From positions 87,276 to 151,275 of the forward strand of contig DATJUT010000031.1 of the NCBI GenBank assembly GCA_035502185.1: a DNA stretch of 64,000 nucleotides, written 5' to 3'. This document shows, one piece after another, positions 27,596 through 37,192 of the stretch; the stretch's first letter is position 1, and the number at the start of each line of letters is the position of its first letter. Made by a program: the position numbers and the translations under genes. The stretch comes from Gemmatimonadales bacterium. Lineage in GTDB: Bacteria; Gemmatimonadota; Gemmatimonadetes; Gemmatimonadales; JACORV01. The notes beneath the pieces are model-generated. The model was not told the DNA's origin. It made no database searches and worked only from the letters and a program-made list of their open reading frames with translations.

Positions 27596-27838
27596 TGGAT
27601 CGCGCGAATGTTACCGTCCTCGTGCGGAGGCGGCAAGTGAAGGCGTGACCGCGCCTTGACTGGGCTGGGCCCGGCTCCGTAGCTTGGCCGCAAGGTCGCA
27701 TCCCCCGTCGCGTCGAGGCACCACACGTCCAGCGTCGTCCGCCGCGCCGTTATCGCCTCCGCGCTCCTGGCTGCGCACGCGTGTGGGCCGTGGCAGCGCG
27801 TCGGGGCGCCCCCGCCCAAGGCACCCGCCACGGAGCAG

Positions 27839-29089
27839 GTGGCCGCCCTGTTCGATCCGACCATCGTGTACCGCCGGCTCGGGTACGTCACCGGCACGGG
27901 GCAGATTCGGTTCATCGGCAACGTACGCCTCCTCGCGGGCCCGACGCCCGACACCGCGCTCGCCGTCATCGCGCTGTCCATGCAGAACCGCTACTTGGCG
28001 TTCCAGCGAGATGCGGACGCCTTCGCCGCCACCTACCGGGTCGAGCTGGCATTCCGGCAGGGGACCATGCTCGTCCAGCAGGTGGTGCGTGACCAGCGGG
28101 TGGTGGTGGGCACGTTCGCGGAGACGCAGCGGGCGGAGGAGAGCATCATCTACCAGGGGTTCTTCCCGGTGCCGGCGGGGATGTATCGGCTCTCGATCGT
28201 GGTCCGCGACCAGAACGGCCCGGGCGTGGGACGCTACGAGGGCCCGTTCAGCGTCCCGCAGCTGGAGGCCCCGGCGATCGCCACCCCCATCGCGGTCTAC
28301 CGGGTCACGCCGCGCACCGATCGCGCCGCGACGCCTGACCTCGTGGCGAATCCGCGGAGCACGGTGGACTACGGCACCGACTCGCTGCGGTTCTACGTCG
28401 AGACGTACGGCCTGCCGGCGGGGAGCCGGTTGGTGACCGCCGCGCTCGACAGCGCAGAGCAGCCGGTGTGGGCGGACACGACGGCGATCGACTCCACGGT
28501 GGCCCTGCGGCCGTTCGTGTATGCCGTGGCGCCGTCGCGGCTCACCCTGGGCCGCCACGAGCTGCAGGTCGGAATCGCGGGCGGCGGCGTCGTCGCGAGG
28601 GCCACCTTCCTCGTGGCGTTCTCCGGCCAGTGGATCGCGGCGAACTTCGACGAGATGCTGTCGCTGCTCCGGTACTTCACGACGCCGGACTCGTTGAAGG
28701 CGCTGGCGCGGGCCGCTCCGGACGACCGCGCGGCGGCGTGGCGGAAGTTCCTGCACGATACGGACCCCAACCCCGCGACGCCCGAGAACGAGGCACTGGA
28801 TCGCTACTTCGCTCGGCTGCTCGCGGCCAACGAGCAGTTCCGCGACGAAGGGACGCCCGGCTGGCTCACCGAGCGCGGCGAGGTGTTCATCACGCTCGGC
28901 ACGCCGGACCAGATCATCGACCCGCATCCGGATTATCGGGGACGGGGCCGGCTCATCGAGTGGACCTACGATCAGTACAACCTCGCCCTCTATTTCGTTG
29001 ACGACGCCGGCTTCGGCCGACTGCGGCTCGATCCGGAGTCCCGCTCCGAATTCGAACGGGTCGTCAACCGCCTGCGCCGCTCCCGGTGA
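27839..29089 (+). CDS. GWxTD domain-containing protein
   Basis: WRKFLHDTDPNPATPENEALDRYFARLLAANEQF...TPGWLTERGEVFITLGTPDQI...IEWTY matches the GWxTD family pattern. The first canonical start is GTG 27839, but the frame is open from 27683 and encodes a signal-like peptide (see findings). Confidence 0.7.
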   Translation: MAALFDPTIVYRRLGYVTGTGQIRFIGNVRLLAGPTPDTALAVIALSMQNRYLAFQRDADAFAATYRVELAFRQGTMLVQQVVRDQRVVVGTFAETQRAEESIIYQGFFPVPAGMYRLSIVVRDQNGPGVGRYEGPFSVPQLEAPAIATPIAVYRVTPRTDRAATPDLVANPRSTVDYGTDSLRFYVETYGLPAGSRLVTAALDSAEQPVWADTTAIDSTVALRPFVYAVAPSRLTLGRHELQVGIAGGGVVARATFLVAFSGQWIAANFDEMLSLLRYFTTPDSLKALARAAPDDRAAAWRKFLHDTDPNPATPENEALDRYFARLLAANEQFRDEGTPGWLTERGEVFITLGTPDQIIDPHPDYRGRGRLIEWTYDQYNLALYFVDDAGFGRLRLDPESRSEFERVVNRLRRSR

Positions 29090-29700
29090 CGCCGGTCCCG
29101 GGAGCGACGGCTTCCGGATCGGTGGAACGGGGTGGTGGCGGTTCGGCCGGCGCCAGCGAGCTGCGGCGACGCGCACTCCACGTGGCCGCCGGAGGACTGG
29201 GGCCGCTGGCGGTGGCGGCCGGGCCGCGACCGTCGGCTTGGGGCTTCATCGTGCTCGTCGTGGCTGCGGGCGTCGCCGAGGCGGGCCGGCTTCGCTGGCC
29301 GGCGGTCCGTGCGCGGTTCCAGCGGCTGGCGGGTGGGGCCTTCCGGCCGGCCGAGTCCCGCACCGTCAGCGGCGCATCCATGCTCGCGGTGGGGTTCGCC
29401 CTGACCTGGTGGCTGTTTCCCTCGGGCGCCGCGGAACGCGCCATCCTGGTCGCGGCGCTCGCGGACCCGATGGCCGCGGCCGTGGGCTCGCGCTACGGCG
29501 CCGGCTCCCGGAAGTCGTGGGTCGGCTCGGCCGCGTGCGCGGTGACGGCGGCGCTGGTGCTGCTGCTCACGGGCCTGCCGGCCGCACGCTCGGCGGCGGC
29601 CGCCCTCGTCGCGGCCGGGATGGAGCGGGCGCCGTGGCCCGGCGCGGACAACGTCGCGATCCCGCTCGGCGTCGGCGCGGTGCTCTGGTGGCTGGGCTGA
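29086..29700 (+). CDS. Polytopic membrane protein, dolichol/phytol kinase - CdsA superfamily-like
   Basis: GTG at 29086 overlaps the upstream TGA. About 6 TM segments. LADPMAAAVGSRYGAGSRKSWVGSAA resembles the D-x2-A-x3-G...K-[ST]-x-E/V-G-S motif of CTP-dependent polyprenol kinases. Confidence 0.45.
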   Translation: MTPVPGATASGSVERGGGGSAGASELRRRALHVAAGGLGPLAVAAGPRPSAWGFIVLVVAAGVAEAGRLRWPAVRARFQRLAGGAFRPAESRTVSGASMLAVGFALTWWLFPSGAAERAILVAALADPMAAAVGSRYGAGSRKSWVGSAACAVTAALVLLLTGLPAARSAAAALVAAGMERAPWPGADNVAIPLGVGAVLWWLG

Positions 29701-29722
29701 CCACCGCCGTGCCGGACGGACG

Positions 29723-32467
29723 ATGACCGACCTCGCCCGCCTGTACCTGGTCGACGGCTACGCGCTCGTCTACCGCGCCTTCTTCGCCATGCTCAGCCGG
29801 CCGCTCACCACCAGCCGGGGCGAAAACACCTCCGTGGCCTGGGGCATCACCAACTTCCTGCTGCGGCTGTCCGAGCAGCACCGGCCGGAGTACGTCGCCT
29901 GGGTCCACGACGCAGGCACGAGCTTCCGGCACGAGCGCTACCCGGAGTACAAGGCGACCCGCGAGAAGCTCGACGCCGAGCTGCAGCAGGACTTCGACCG
30001 GTCCCTCGTCCGCGTCGAGGCGTTGCTGCGCGCCTTCCGGGTCCCGCTGGTGGCGCTCGACGGCTACGAGGCCGACGACGTGATCGCGACCCTCGCCGAG
30101 CGCGGAGTGGCCGCCGGCCTCGACGTGGTGATCGTCTCCGGCGACAAGGATTTCTACCAACTGGTCGGGCCGCACGTCGGGCTCCTGAACCCGGGCCGCG
30201 GCGGACCGGCGGCGGTCGAGGAACAGGTGGTGACGGCGGCGAACGCGGCCGAGCGCCTGGGCGTTCCACCGGAGCAGACGGTGGACTTTCTCTCCCTGGT
30301 GGGCGACGCCGCCGACAACGTGCCCGGGGTCCGGGGCGTCGGCGAGAAGACGGCCGTCAAGCTCCTTCAGCAATACGGCACCCTCGACGCGATTCTGACC
30401 CACGCCCCCGAGGTGGAGTCCAAGCGGGTGCGGGAGGCGCTGGTCCAGGACGCCGACCGGGCGCGCCTGTCGCGGGATCTCGTGACGCTGCGACGCGACG
30501 TACCGGTGCAGTTGGAGCTCTCGGCCCTCGCCGCGCAGGCCCCCGATCGCGCGGCACTGCTCGCCCTGTTGTCGGAGCTGGAGTTCCAGTCGCTGGTGCG
30601 GTCGCTGGACGCAGCCGGCGGGGACAAAGCAGCCGCCGGGGCGTACGGCGTCGTCACGACGGTGGAAGAGGTCGACGCCGTTGTGCAGCGCGCGCGGGCC
30701 GCGGGGACGCTCGCGCTGGCCGTCGCCGGCACCGCGCGCGACCCGATGCGCGCCGACCTGGTCGGCCTTTCGATCGCGGTTGCGCCCGGGGCGGCCACGT
30801 ATCTGCCGTTCGGGCATCGACCGCCCACCGACATCCTCGCGCACGCCGAGGTGACGAACCTGCCACGGCCGGACGTCCCTGCCCTGCGGAATCTCGTGGC
30901 GCTCCTGGGCGATCCGGCGGTGGCCAAGGTCGGCCACGACCTCAAGTACGGCTGGCTGGTGCTGCGTCGCGCCGGCGTGGAACTGCGCGGCGCCGCCTTC
31001 GACACGGCGATCGCGAGTTTCATGGTCGACCCGGGCCGGCGGTCGCACGCACTCGATGCGCTCGCGTTGGAGCACTTCAACGTCCGGCTCCGTCCGTTCG
31101 AGGAACTGGTCGGGAAGGGGCGCGAGGCGCGGAGCTTCGCCGAAGTGACGGTGCGTGAGGCCGCGGAGTACTGGGGCGCGGCCGTCGACTACGCGCTCCG
31201 GCTGCGGGAGCGCTTCGCGCCGACGCTCGCCGACCACGGCCTCGAGCGGTTGTTCCGTGAGGTGGAGGTGCCCCTCATCGGCGTCCTGGCGGACATGGAG
31301 TGGGAAGGGATCGCGATCGATCGCGAGCACTTCGCGCGGCTCGCCCGCGAGATGCGGATCGAGCTGGGGGCGATCGAGCATCGCATCTGCGAGGAGGCGG
31401 GCGTCACCTTCAACCTCAATTCGACGCCGCAGCTGCGCCACGTGTTGTTCGAGAAGCTGCAGCTGCCGGTGCTGAAGAAGGGGAAGACGGGCGCGTCCAC
31501 GGACGCCGAGGTGCTCGAGGACCTCGCCGCGTCGGGTCACGCCGTGCCCCGCCTGCTGCTCGAGTACCGCGAGATCTCCAAGCTCCTCACCACGTACCTG
31601 GACGTGCTGCCGGGCGAGGTGAACCCGGCCACCGGGCGGATCCATACGTCGTTCAATCAGAACGGCGCCGCCACGGGGCGGCTGAGCTCGAGCGACCCCA
31701 ACCTGCAGAACATCCCGGTGCGCTCGCCCCGGGGAGAGGCCATCCGCCGCGGGTTCGTCCCGGGCCCGGGCCATCGGTTCATCGTCGCCGACTACTCGCA
31801 GATCGAGCTGCGGCTCCTGGCGCACCTGTCCGGGGACCAGGCGTTCGTGGACGCCTTCCGCGCCGGCGGCGACATCCACCGCCAGACGGCGGCGCTGATC
31901 TTCGGCGTGGCGCCGGACGCGGTGACGCCGGACATGCGCGCACGGGCCAAGACGATCAACTTCGCCACGATCTACGGCCAGGGCCCCCATGCACTGGCGC
32001 GGCAGCTCAACATCGAGTACGACGATGCCCGGCGCTTCATTGACGACTACTTCACCCGGTTCGCGGGGGTGCGCGCCTGGCTGGACGGCACCGTGGCCGA
32101 GGCCCGCGCGCGCGGATACGTCGAGACGATCTTCGGCCGGCGCCGTTACGTGCCGGAGCTGCGGGACAAGAACTTCAACATCCGCGCCTTCGGCGAGCGG
32201 ACCGCGACGAACTCGCCGCTGCAGGGCTCGGCTGCGGACCTCATCAAGGTGGCGATGATCGGGGTCAGCCGCGCGCTGCGCGCGACGTACCGGGCGCATC
32301 TGGTGTTGCAGGTCCACGACGAGCTGCTGGTGGAGGCGCCGGAGGCCGAGGCCGAGCCGGTCGCCCGCCTGGTCAAGGAATCCATGGAGAAGGCGGCAGC
32401 CCTGCGGGTGCCGCTGGTGGCGTCCGTCGGCATCGGCGAGAACTGGTTGGACGCGAAGGCCGGCTGA
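29723..32467 (+). CDS. polA: DNA polymerase I
   Basis: 914 aa. 5' nuclease N-terminus (LYLVDGYALVYRAFFA, GYEADDVIATL). Pol A motifs DYSQIELRLLAH, RRxAKxxNFxxxYG-like (RARAKTINFATIYG), and QVHDELLVE. Confidence 0.97.
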   Translation: MTDLARLYLVDGYALVYRAFFAMLSRPLTTSRGENTSVAWGITNFLLRLSEQHRPEYVAWVHDAGTSFRHERYPEYKATREKLDAELQQDFDRSLVRVEALLRAFRVPLVALDGYEADDVIATLAERGVAAGLDVVIVSGDKDFYQLVGPHVGLLNPGRGGPAAVEEQVVTAANAAERLGVPPEQTVDFLSLVGDAADNVPGVRGVGEKTAVKLLQQYGTLDAILTHAPEVESKRVREALVQDADRARLSRDLVTLRRDVPVQLELSALAAQAPDRAALLALLSELEFQSLVRSLDAAGGDKAAAGAYGVVTTVEEVDAVVQRARAAGTLALAVAGTARDPMRADLVGLSIAVAPGAATYLPFGHRPPTDILAHAEVTNLPRPDVPALRNLVALLGDPAVAKVGHDLKYGWLVLRRAGVELRGAAFDTAIASFMVDPGRRSHALDALALEHFNVRLRPFEELVGKGREARSFAEVTVREAAEYWGAAVDYALRLRERFAPTLADHGLERLFREVEVPLIGVLADMEWEGIAIDREHFARLAREMRIELGAIEHRICEEAGVTFNLNSTPQLRHVLFEKLQLPVLKKGKTGASTDAEVLEDLAASGHAVPRLLLEYREISKLLTTYLDVLPGEVNPATGRIHTSFNQNGAATGRLSSSDPNLQNIPVRSPRGEAIRRGFVPGPGHRFIVADYSQIELRLLAHLSGDQAFVDAFRAGGDIHRQTAALIFGVAPDAVTPDMRARAKTINFATIYGQGPHALARQLNIEYDDARRFIDDYFTRFAGVRAWLDGTVAEARARGYVETIFGRRRYVPELRDKNFNIRAFGERTATNSPLQGSAADLIKVAMIGVSRALRATYRAHLVLQVHDELLVEAPEAEAEPVARLVKESMEKAAALRVPLVASVGIGENWLDAKAG

Positions 32468-32600
32468 GTTCTTGCTGGGTTCCGGCGGCCGCGGTACAAT
32501 AGCGCAGCCGGCCCCGACGGATGGCCACGAGGGGATTCTGGGACGTGGGAGGAGTGAGGCGGTTGCGCTGGTTCTCCAGGGCCGGGCGGTTAGCACCGAG

Positions 32601-32864
32601 GTGAGCTGGCAGGAATTTCCCCGTCGGCGCGACGGCCTGCTGCACGCCCTGGACGGCGGCCTCTGGCTGCATCGCTTCACGCTCGACGACCGGCCCATGG
32701 CGCACCTGGTGAGCAGCGACCGGGAACGGTTGATCGCCTGGGGCCGGGCGGTCGGCCTCGATGCCCGGTGGCTGCAGTACAAGCCGCTGCGGGATCCGAG
32801 GACGGGGACCCGCGTGGCGGCCTGGCACTGGGATCTCTGGGGCGACCTTCTGCCGCCGCGCTGA
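32601..32864 (+). CDS. DUF4031-like small protein
   Basis: MAHLVSSDRERLIAWGRAVGLDARWLQ...HWDLWG resembles DUF4031. Start chosen at GTG 32601 (after GAGG). The ORF opens at 32472, so the start is uncertain. Confidence 0.45.
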   Translation: MSWQEFPRRRDGLLHALDGGLWLHRFTLDDRPMAHLVSSDRERLIAWGRAVGLDARWLQYKPLRDPRTGTRVAAWHWDLWGDLLPPR

Positions 32865-32925
32865 ACTGGCCCGAGCGCGCGTGTCCCCGCCGAGTCGCCG
32901 CGCGGGCCCGCTGGGGGGTGTGCCG

Positions 32926-34833
32926 ATGCGATTCGCGCGCTGCTCGTTGATGTTCGTCGCGTTGGCGGCCTGCACCGGCCGGCAACGGGCCGGGGCGGCC
33001 GGCGACGACGTGGTGGCGAGTGCGGCCCGGCCCGGCGTCCCGCCGTATGCGGTCAGCCAGTTCGCGCGCATCCTGCGGCACTCCGCAATCGGAATCTCCC
33101 CCGATCGCCGCTGGGTGGGGTTCCGGTCGGACGTCACCGGTCGCAGCCAGATCTGGAAGGTCTCGGCGAAGGGCGGGTGGCCGCTGCAGCTGACCTTCGG
33201 CGACACGCCGGTGGCCGGTGCCGCGTGGGCCAAGGACGGAGCCAGCCTGGCGTTCGAGCAGGACTCCGGCGGCAACGAGCGGTACCAGCTCCTCTCCGTG
33301 CCGAGTGCGGGCGGAGAGCCAAGGCAGTTGCCGGGAGCACCAGGGGCCCGCGAGCAGCTGGTCGGATTCTCGGAGGACCGGCGCTACCTGGCCTACACGT
33401 CGGACTCCGGCCGCCCGGGTCATTTCGACTTGTGGATCCGTGATCTGACCACCGAGCGGGCGCGCCGGGTCACGTCCGACTCGACCAGCACGATGGGCGG
33501 CGTGTGGTCCCACGACAGCCGCTTTCTCGCGCTCGTCCGGACCAACGACTTCGCCAACGTCGACGCCGTCCTGTTCGACGTGACCGCCGGGAGCAGCCGC
33601 TTGCTCACGCCCCATGCCGGCTCGAAGGCCTACACCCCGGTCGCTTTCTCCCCTGACGACCGCGAGCTCCTGCTCATCTCCGACGCACAGGACGGTCTCC
33701 CGCGGCTGGCGATCGTCACGGTGGCCACCGATTCGCTGCGCTGGCTGGACACGGGGGCTTGGCCCGTCGAGACGGCCGGGTGGTCGGTGCACGGGAACAT
33801 CGCGTACTCCGAGGACGTGGACGGCCGGGTCACCACGTACCTGGTGCATCCGGACGGCTCTCACCGACTGCGCATCGGCCCGACGCGGGGCGCGACGACG
33901 TTCGAGGAATTCTCCAACAACGGCAACTTGGTGCTGTTCTCGCACTCCGACGCGACCCATCCCAGCGACCTGTGGTTGCACGACATCGCCCGTGACACGG
34001 CGTGGCAGCTGACCTTCGCGCAGGTCGGCGGCGTGGACCCGGCGAACCTGCCGCCCGCCGCGCTGGTGCACTACCCCACCTTCGACGGGCGCAAGATCTC
34101 GGCGTTCGTGAGCGTACCCTTCAATCTCCAGAAGGACGGATCGAATCCCGCGATTGTCATGGTGCACGGGGGGCCGTCCGGTCAGTGGACCGACGCCTTC
34201 TCCCGCGACGTCGCCTACTACGCCAGCCACGGGTACGTGGTGATACGGCCGAACGTCCGCGGGTCCACCGGCTACGGCAAGACGTTCGAGGATCTCAACA
34301 ACGGGGATTGGGGCGGCGGTGACCTGAAAGATCTCGTGGCAGCGGCGGATTATCTGGTCTCGACCGGCTACGTCGCGCGCAGCAAGATCGCGCTCCTCGG
34401 CGGGAGCTACGGAGGCTACCTGACGCTGGCCGCGCTCGCCTTCACTCCCGAGCGCTGGGCGGCCGGCGTGGACCTCTACGGCATCAGCTCGCTCGCCACG
34501 CTGGCGCGAACCACCGAGCCGCTGCTGCTGCCGTACCTGACGCGCGAGCTGGGGAGCCTCGGCGCCGACCCCGCGCGGCTGGCCGAGCGCTCACCGCTGT
34601 CGCGGGCTGCGGCGATCCGCGCGCCGCTCCTGATCCTCCAGGGCGACGACGATCCGCGCGTGCCGCTGGCGGAGAGCCGCCAGATCGCGGACGCGATCCG
34701 TCGGCGGAAGGGTGTGGTGGACCTCATCGTCTATCCGGGCGAGGGGCACGGATTCCACAAGCTGGAGGATCAGCTGGACGGGATGCGGCGGGCGGTCGAG
34801 TTCCTCGACCGCTACGTCAAGGGCCGGGGCTAG
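32926..34833 (+). CDS. S9 family serine peptidase (prolyl oligopeptidase/acylaminoacyl-peptidase type) with beta-propeller N-domain
   Basis: ATG at 32926 gives MRFARCSLMFVALAACTG (lipoprotein signal). Propeller repeats. VMVHGGP, nucleophile LLGGSYGGY, QGDDDPRVP and GEGHGF. Confidence 0.88.
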   Translation: MRFARCSLMFVALAACTGRQRAGAAGDDVVASAARPGVPPYAVSQFARILRHSAIGISPDRRWVGFRSDVTGRSQIWKVSAKGGWPLQLTFGDTPVAGAAWAKDGASLAFEQDSGGNERYQLLSVPSAGGEPRQLPGAPGAREQLVGFSEDRRYLAYTSDSGRPGHFDLWIRDLTTERARRVTSDSTSTMGGVWSHDSRFLALVRTNDFANVDAVLFDVTAGSSRLLTPHAGSKAYTPVAFSPDDRELLLISDAQDGLPRLAIVTVATDSLRWLDTGAWPVETAGWSVHGNIAYSEDVDGRVTTYLVHPDGSHRLRIGPTRGATTFEEFSNNGNLVLFSHSDATHPSDLWLHDIARDTAWQLTFAQVGGVDPANLPPAALVHYPTFDGRKISAFVSVPFNLQKDGSNPAIVMVHGGPSGQWTDAFSRDVAYYASHGYVVIRPNVRGSTGYGKTFEDLNNGDWGGGDLKDLVAAADYLVSTGYVARSKIALLGGSYGGYLTLAALAFTPERWAAGVDLYGISSLATLARTTEPLLLPYLTRELGSLGADPARLAERSPLSRAAAIRAPLLILQGDDDPRVPLAESRQIADAIRRRKGVVDLIVYPGEGHGFHKLEDQLDGMRRAVEFLDRYVKGRG

Positions 34834-37111
34834 CAGCCGGCGGCGCGCCGCCGCCCGGGCGCGAGTGGTCCCGGTCGCCGCGGCGGTAGCCGGGCCACCA
34901 GTTGAGGCGCCCGGCCAGGTGCATGACGCCGGGGACCATGGCCACGCGGATCAGGGTGGCGTCGAGCAGGACGGCGACGGCCAGTCCGAAGCTGATCATC
35001 TGCACGGCCATGACCCGCGCGAAGGCGAAGGCGCCGAATACGAGAATCATGATGAGCGCCGCATTGGTGATCGTCGCTCCGGTCGCGGTCAGGCCGTTGA
35101 CCGTGGCCTCGTCGTTATCCCGCGACTCGTCGAACTCCTCCTTGATCCGCGAGAGCAGGAAGACCTCGTAGTCCATCGACAGCCCGAACACGATGGCGAA
35201 CACCAGCACCGGGCTGAGAACGAAGATGGCCTGCGTGGGGCCCGCCAGCCCGAACAGCGCCCCGCCCACGCCCCACTGGAAGACCACCACCGTCATGCCG
35301 AAGGCCGCCGACACGGACAGCGAGTTCATCACGACGGCCTTGATCGGCACGAGCACGGACCGGAACACCAGCGCCAGCATCACCCCGGTGACGCCGAGCA
35401 CCAGGACCACGAGCAGCGGGAAGAGGCCCAGCACCTTGTCGCGGAAGTCGAGGTTCGACGCGGAGAAGCCGCCGATCAGCATGCGCGCGTGCGCCAGCGT
35501 CGGGAGCCGCCGCGCGTCGATGCGCCGCACCTCGCGTACCGCCTGGAGGGAGCCGTCGAGCGAGACGGTGTCGCGAAGCACGACGTCGAGCAGGGTGGCC
35601 GCCCCGTCCTGGCTGACGAAGGTGCGGAACACGTCCGGCATGCGCTGCCGGGCACGCGCCGTATCGGCGTACAACTCCACGTATTGCCACAGCGGAATGC
35701 CCGGACGCAGGTCGACCATGCCGCGCACCTGGGCGACCCGCGGGTTCGCCCGGATCGAGTCCGCCAGCGCGCGCAGGCCGCGGAGCCGGTCCACGTCGAG
35801 CACGGCGCTGTGGTCGGTCATTTCCACGACCACCTTGAGCGGCCGCAGGGTGCCGCCGTGGCCCATGTCCTCGAGCACCGCGAGCCCGCGCCCGGAGTCC
35901 GTGTCGGTGGGGAACCAGCTGACGACCGGCAGGCCGATCCGCAGCCATGCCGCGGGCAGGGCCAGCGCCACGATGAGCGCGCCGGAGATCGTCACGGCGC
36001 GCCAGGGATTCCGCGCGATGCTGCGGGCATAGCGGTTCCAGCCGCGGCCGAACCGCAGCCGCCGGAGCCGGCGCGCCAGCCACAGGGGCCGATCCACGTG
36101 GTGCCCGAGGATCGCGAGCACGGCCGGGAGGAAGGTGACCGACAGCAGGATGGAGGTCGCCACCACGAACAGGCCGGCCAGTCCGATCGAGCGGGTTTCC
36201 TGGAGCGGGACCATCATCAGCGCCACGAACCCGATCATCACCGTGCCGCCGGACGTGATCACCGTGCGCGAGGCCGTGCGGATCGTCTCGGCGGCCGCCT
36301 CGAACCGGTTCTGCGCGTAGTCCATCTCTTCGCGGAAGCGCGTGACGACCAGCAGCGAATAGTCGATGCCGACGCCGAGCCCGATCATCGTGGTGAGGTT
36401 GAGCGCGAAGATGGACATGGGCACGATCTCGGCGGCGATCGCGACCAGGCCCAGGCTGACGGTGATCGCGATGAATCCGACGGCGATGGGCGCCAGCGCG
36501 GCGACCAGGGCGCTGAACGCCACCACCAGCAGCAGCATGGTCAGCGGGATCAGCCGCTGCTCCATGAGGCGGGAGTCGTCGGCCGCGATGGTCCGGATGT
36601 CGTAGTCGAACGCGGGATCGCCCGTCAGGTACGTCAGGAAGTCGGAGCCGAACCGGCGCTGCACGCTCTCGACCGCTTCGCGAAGCCGCGGCGTGTCGGT
36701 GGTGGCGGAGCTGTCCGCCGAAAGACCGACCAGCACGAAGGTGACTCGGCCGTCGCGGCTGCGAAACGCCTCGTCCTCCGAGTTCCGCCAGTTCAAGGTC
36801 TGGAGGACGAACGGCAGCCGCCGCAGGGCGGCCGTGATCGAGTCCACGTACGCGGCGTAGCGGTGAGTGCGCAGTGTGAGCGAGGGGTGCCGGATCGCCA
36901 CTGCCGCGAAGGCGGCGTACGGCGATTCGAACCTGGTCCGGATGAGGTCCTCGGCGACGGTGGATTCGGAGCGCGACAGGTTCTCGCCGCCGACGTGCAG
37001 CCGCTCGTGCAGATGACGCCCCAGCGGGGCCATCGCCGCGGTGAGGGCGACCCAGGCGAAGACGATGGGCCAGCGCCAACGTACGACGGTCTTGGCGGGC
37101 AGTCGGATCAC
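34817..37111 (-). CDS. MMPL/RND-superfamily membrane transporter
   Basis: 764 aa. Two 6-TM bundles, each preceded by a soluble loop. GLGVGIDYSLLVVTRFREE and GLSMDYEVFLLSRIKEE are the duplicated MMPL motifs. Confidence 0.85.
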   Translation of the reverse strand: MIRLPAKTVVRWRWPIVFAWVALTAAMAPLGRHLHERLHVGGENLSRSESTVAEDLIRTRFESPYAAFAAVAIRHPSLTLRTHRYAAYVDSITAALRRLPFVLQTLNWRNSEDEAFRSRDGRVTFVLVGLSADSSATTDTPRLREAVESVQRRFGSDFLTYLTGDPAFDYDIRTIAADDSRLMEQRLIPLTMLLLVVAFSALVAALAPIAVGFIAITVSLGLVAIAAEIVPMSIFALNLTTMIGLGVGIDYSLLVVTRFREEMDYAQNRFEAAAETIRTASRTVITSGGTVMIGFVALMMVPLQETRSIGLAGLFVVATSILLSVTFLPAVLAILGHHVDRPLWLARRLRRLRFGRGWNRYARSIARNPWRAVTISGALIVALALPAAWLRIGLPVVSWFPTDTDSGRGLAVLEDMGHGGTLRPLKVVVEMTDHSAVLDVDRLRGLRALADSIRANPRVAQVRGMVDLRPGIPLWQYVELYADTARARQRMPDVFRTFVSQDGAATLLDVVLRDTVSLDGSLQAVREVRRIDARRLPTLAHARMLIGGFSASNLDFRDKVLGLFPLLVVLVLGVTGVMLALVFRSVLVPIKAVVMNSLSVSAAFGMTVVVFQWGVGGALFGLAGPTQAIFVLSPVLVFAIVFGLSMDYEVFLLSRIKEEFDESRDNDEATVNGLTATGATITNAALIMILVFGAFAFARVMAVQMISFGLAVAVLLDATLIRVAMVPGVMHLAGRLNWWPGYRRGDRDHSRPGGGAPPAASPGP

Positions 37112-37192
37112 GCAGCAGCCCCTGTCTACGCGGCGCCGGGCCGGCGGCCGAGTGGTCCACCGGTGGAGCGGCGCATATTGCGCTGTAAGGCG

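Noticed and set aside
34712-37192. N-terminal ~830 codons of the 1111-aa plus-strand ORF 34712-38047.
   Set aside because: Only the last ~285 codons, from ATG 37193, encode a sensible protein (TM plus HELGHALGLGH). The upstream part is antisense to the well-supported MMPL transporter and is low-complexity.
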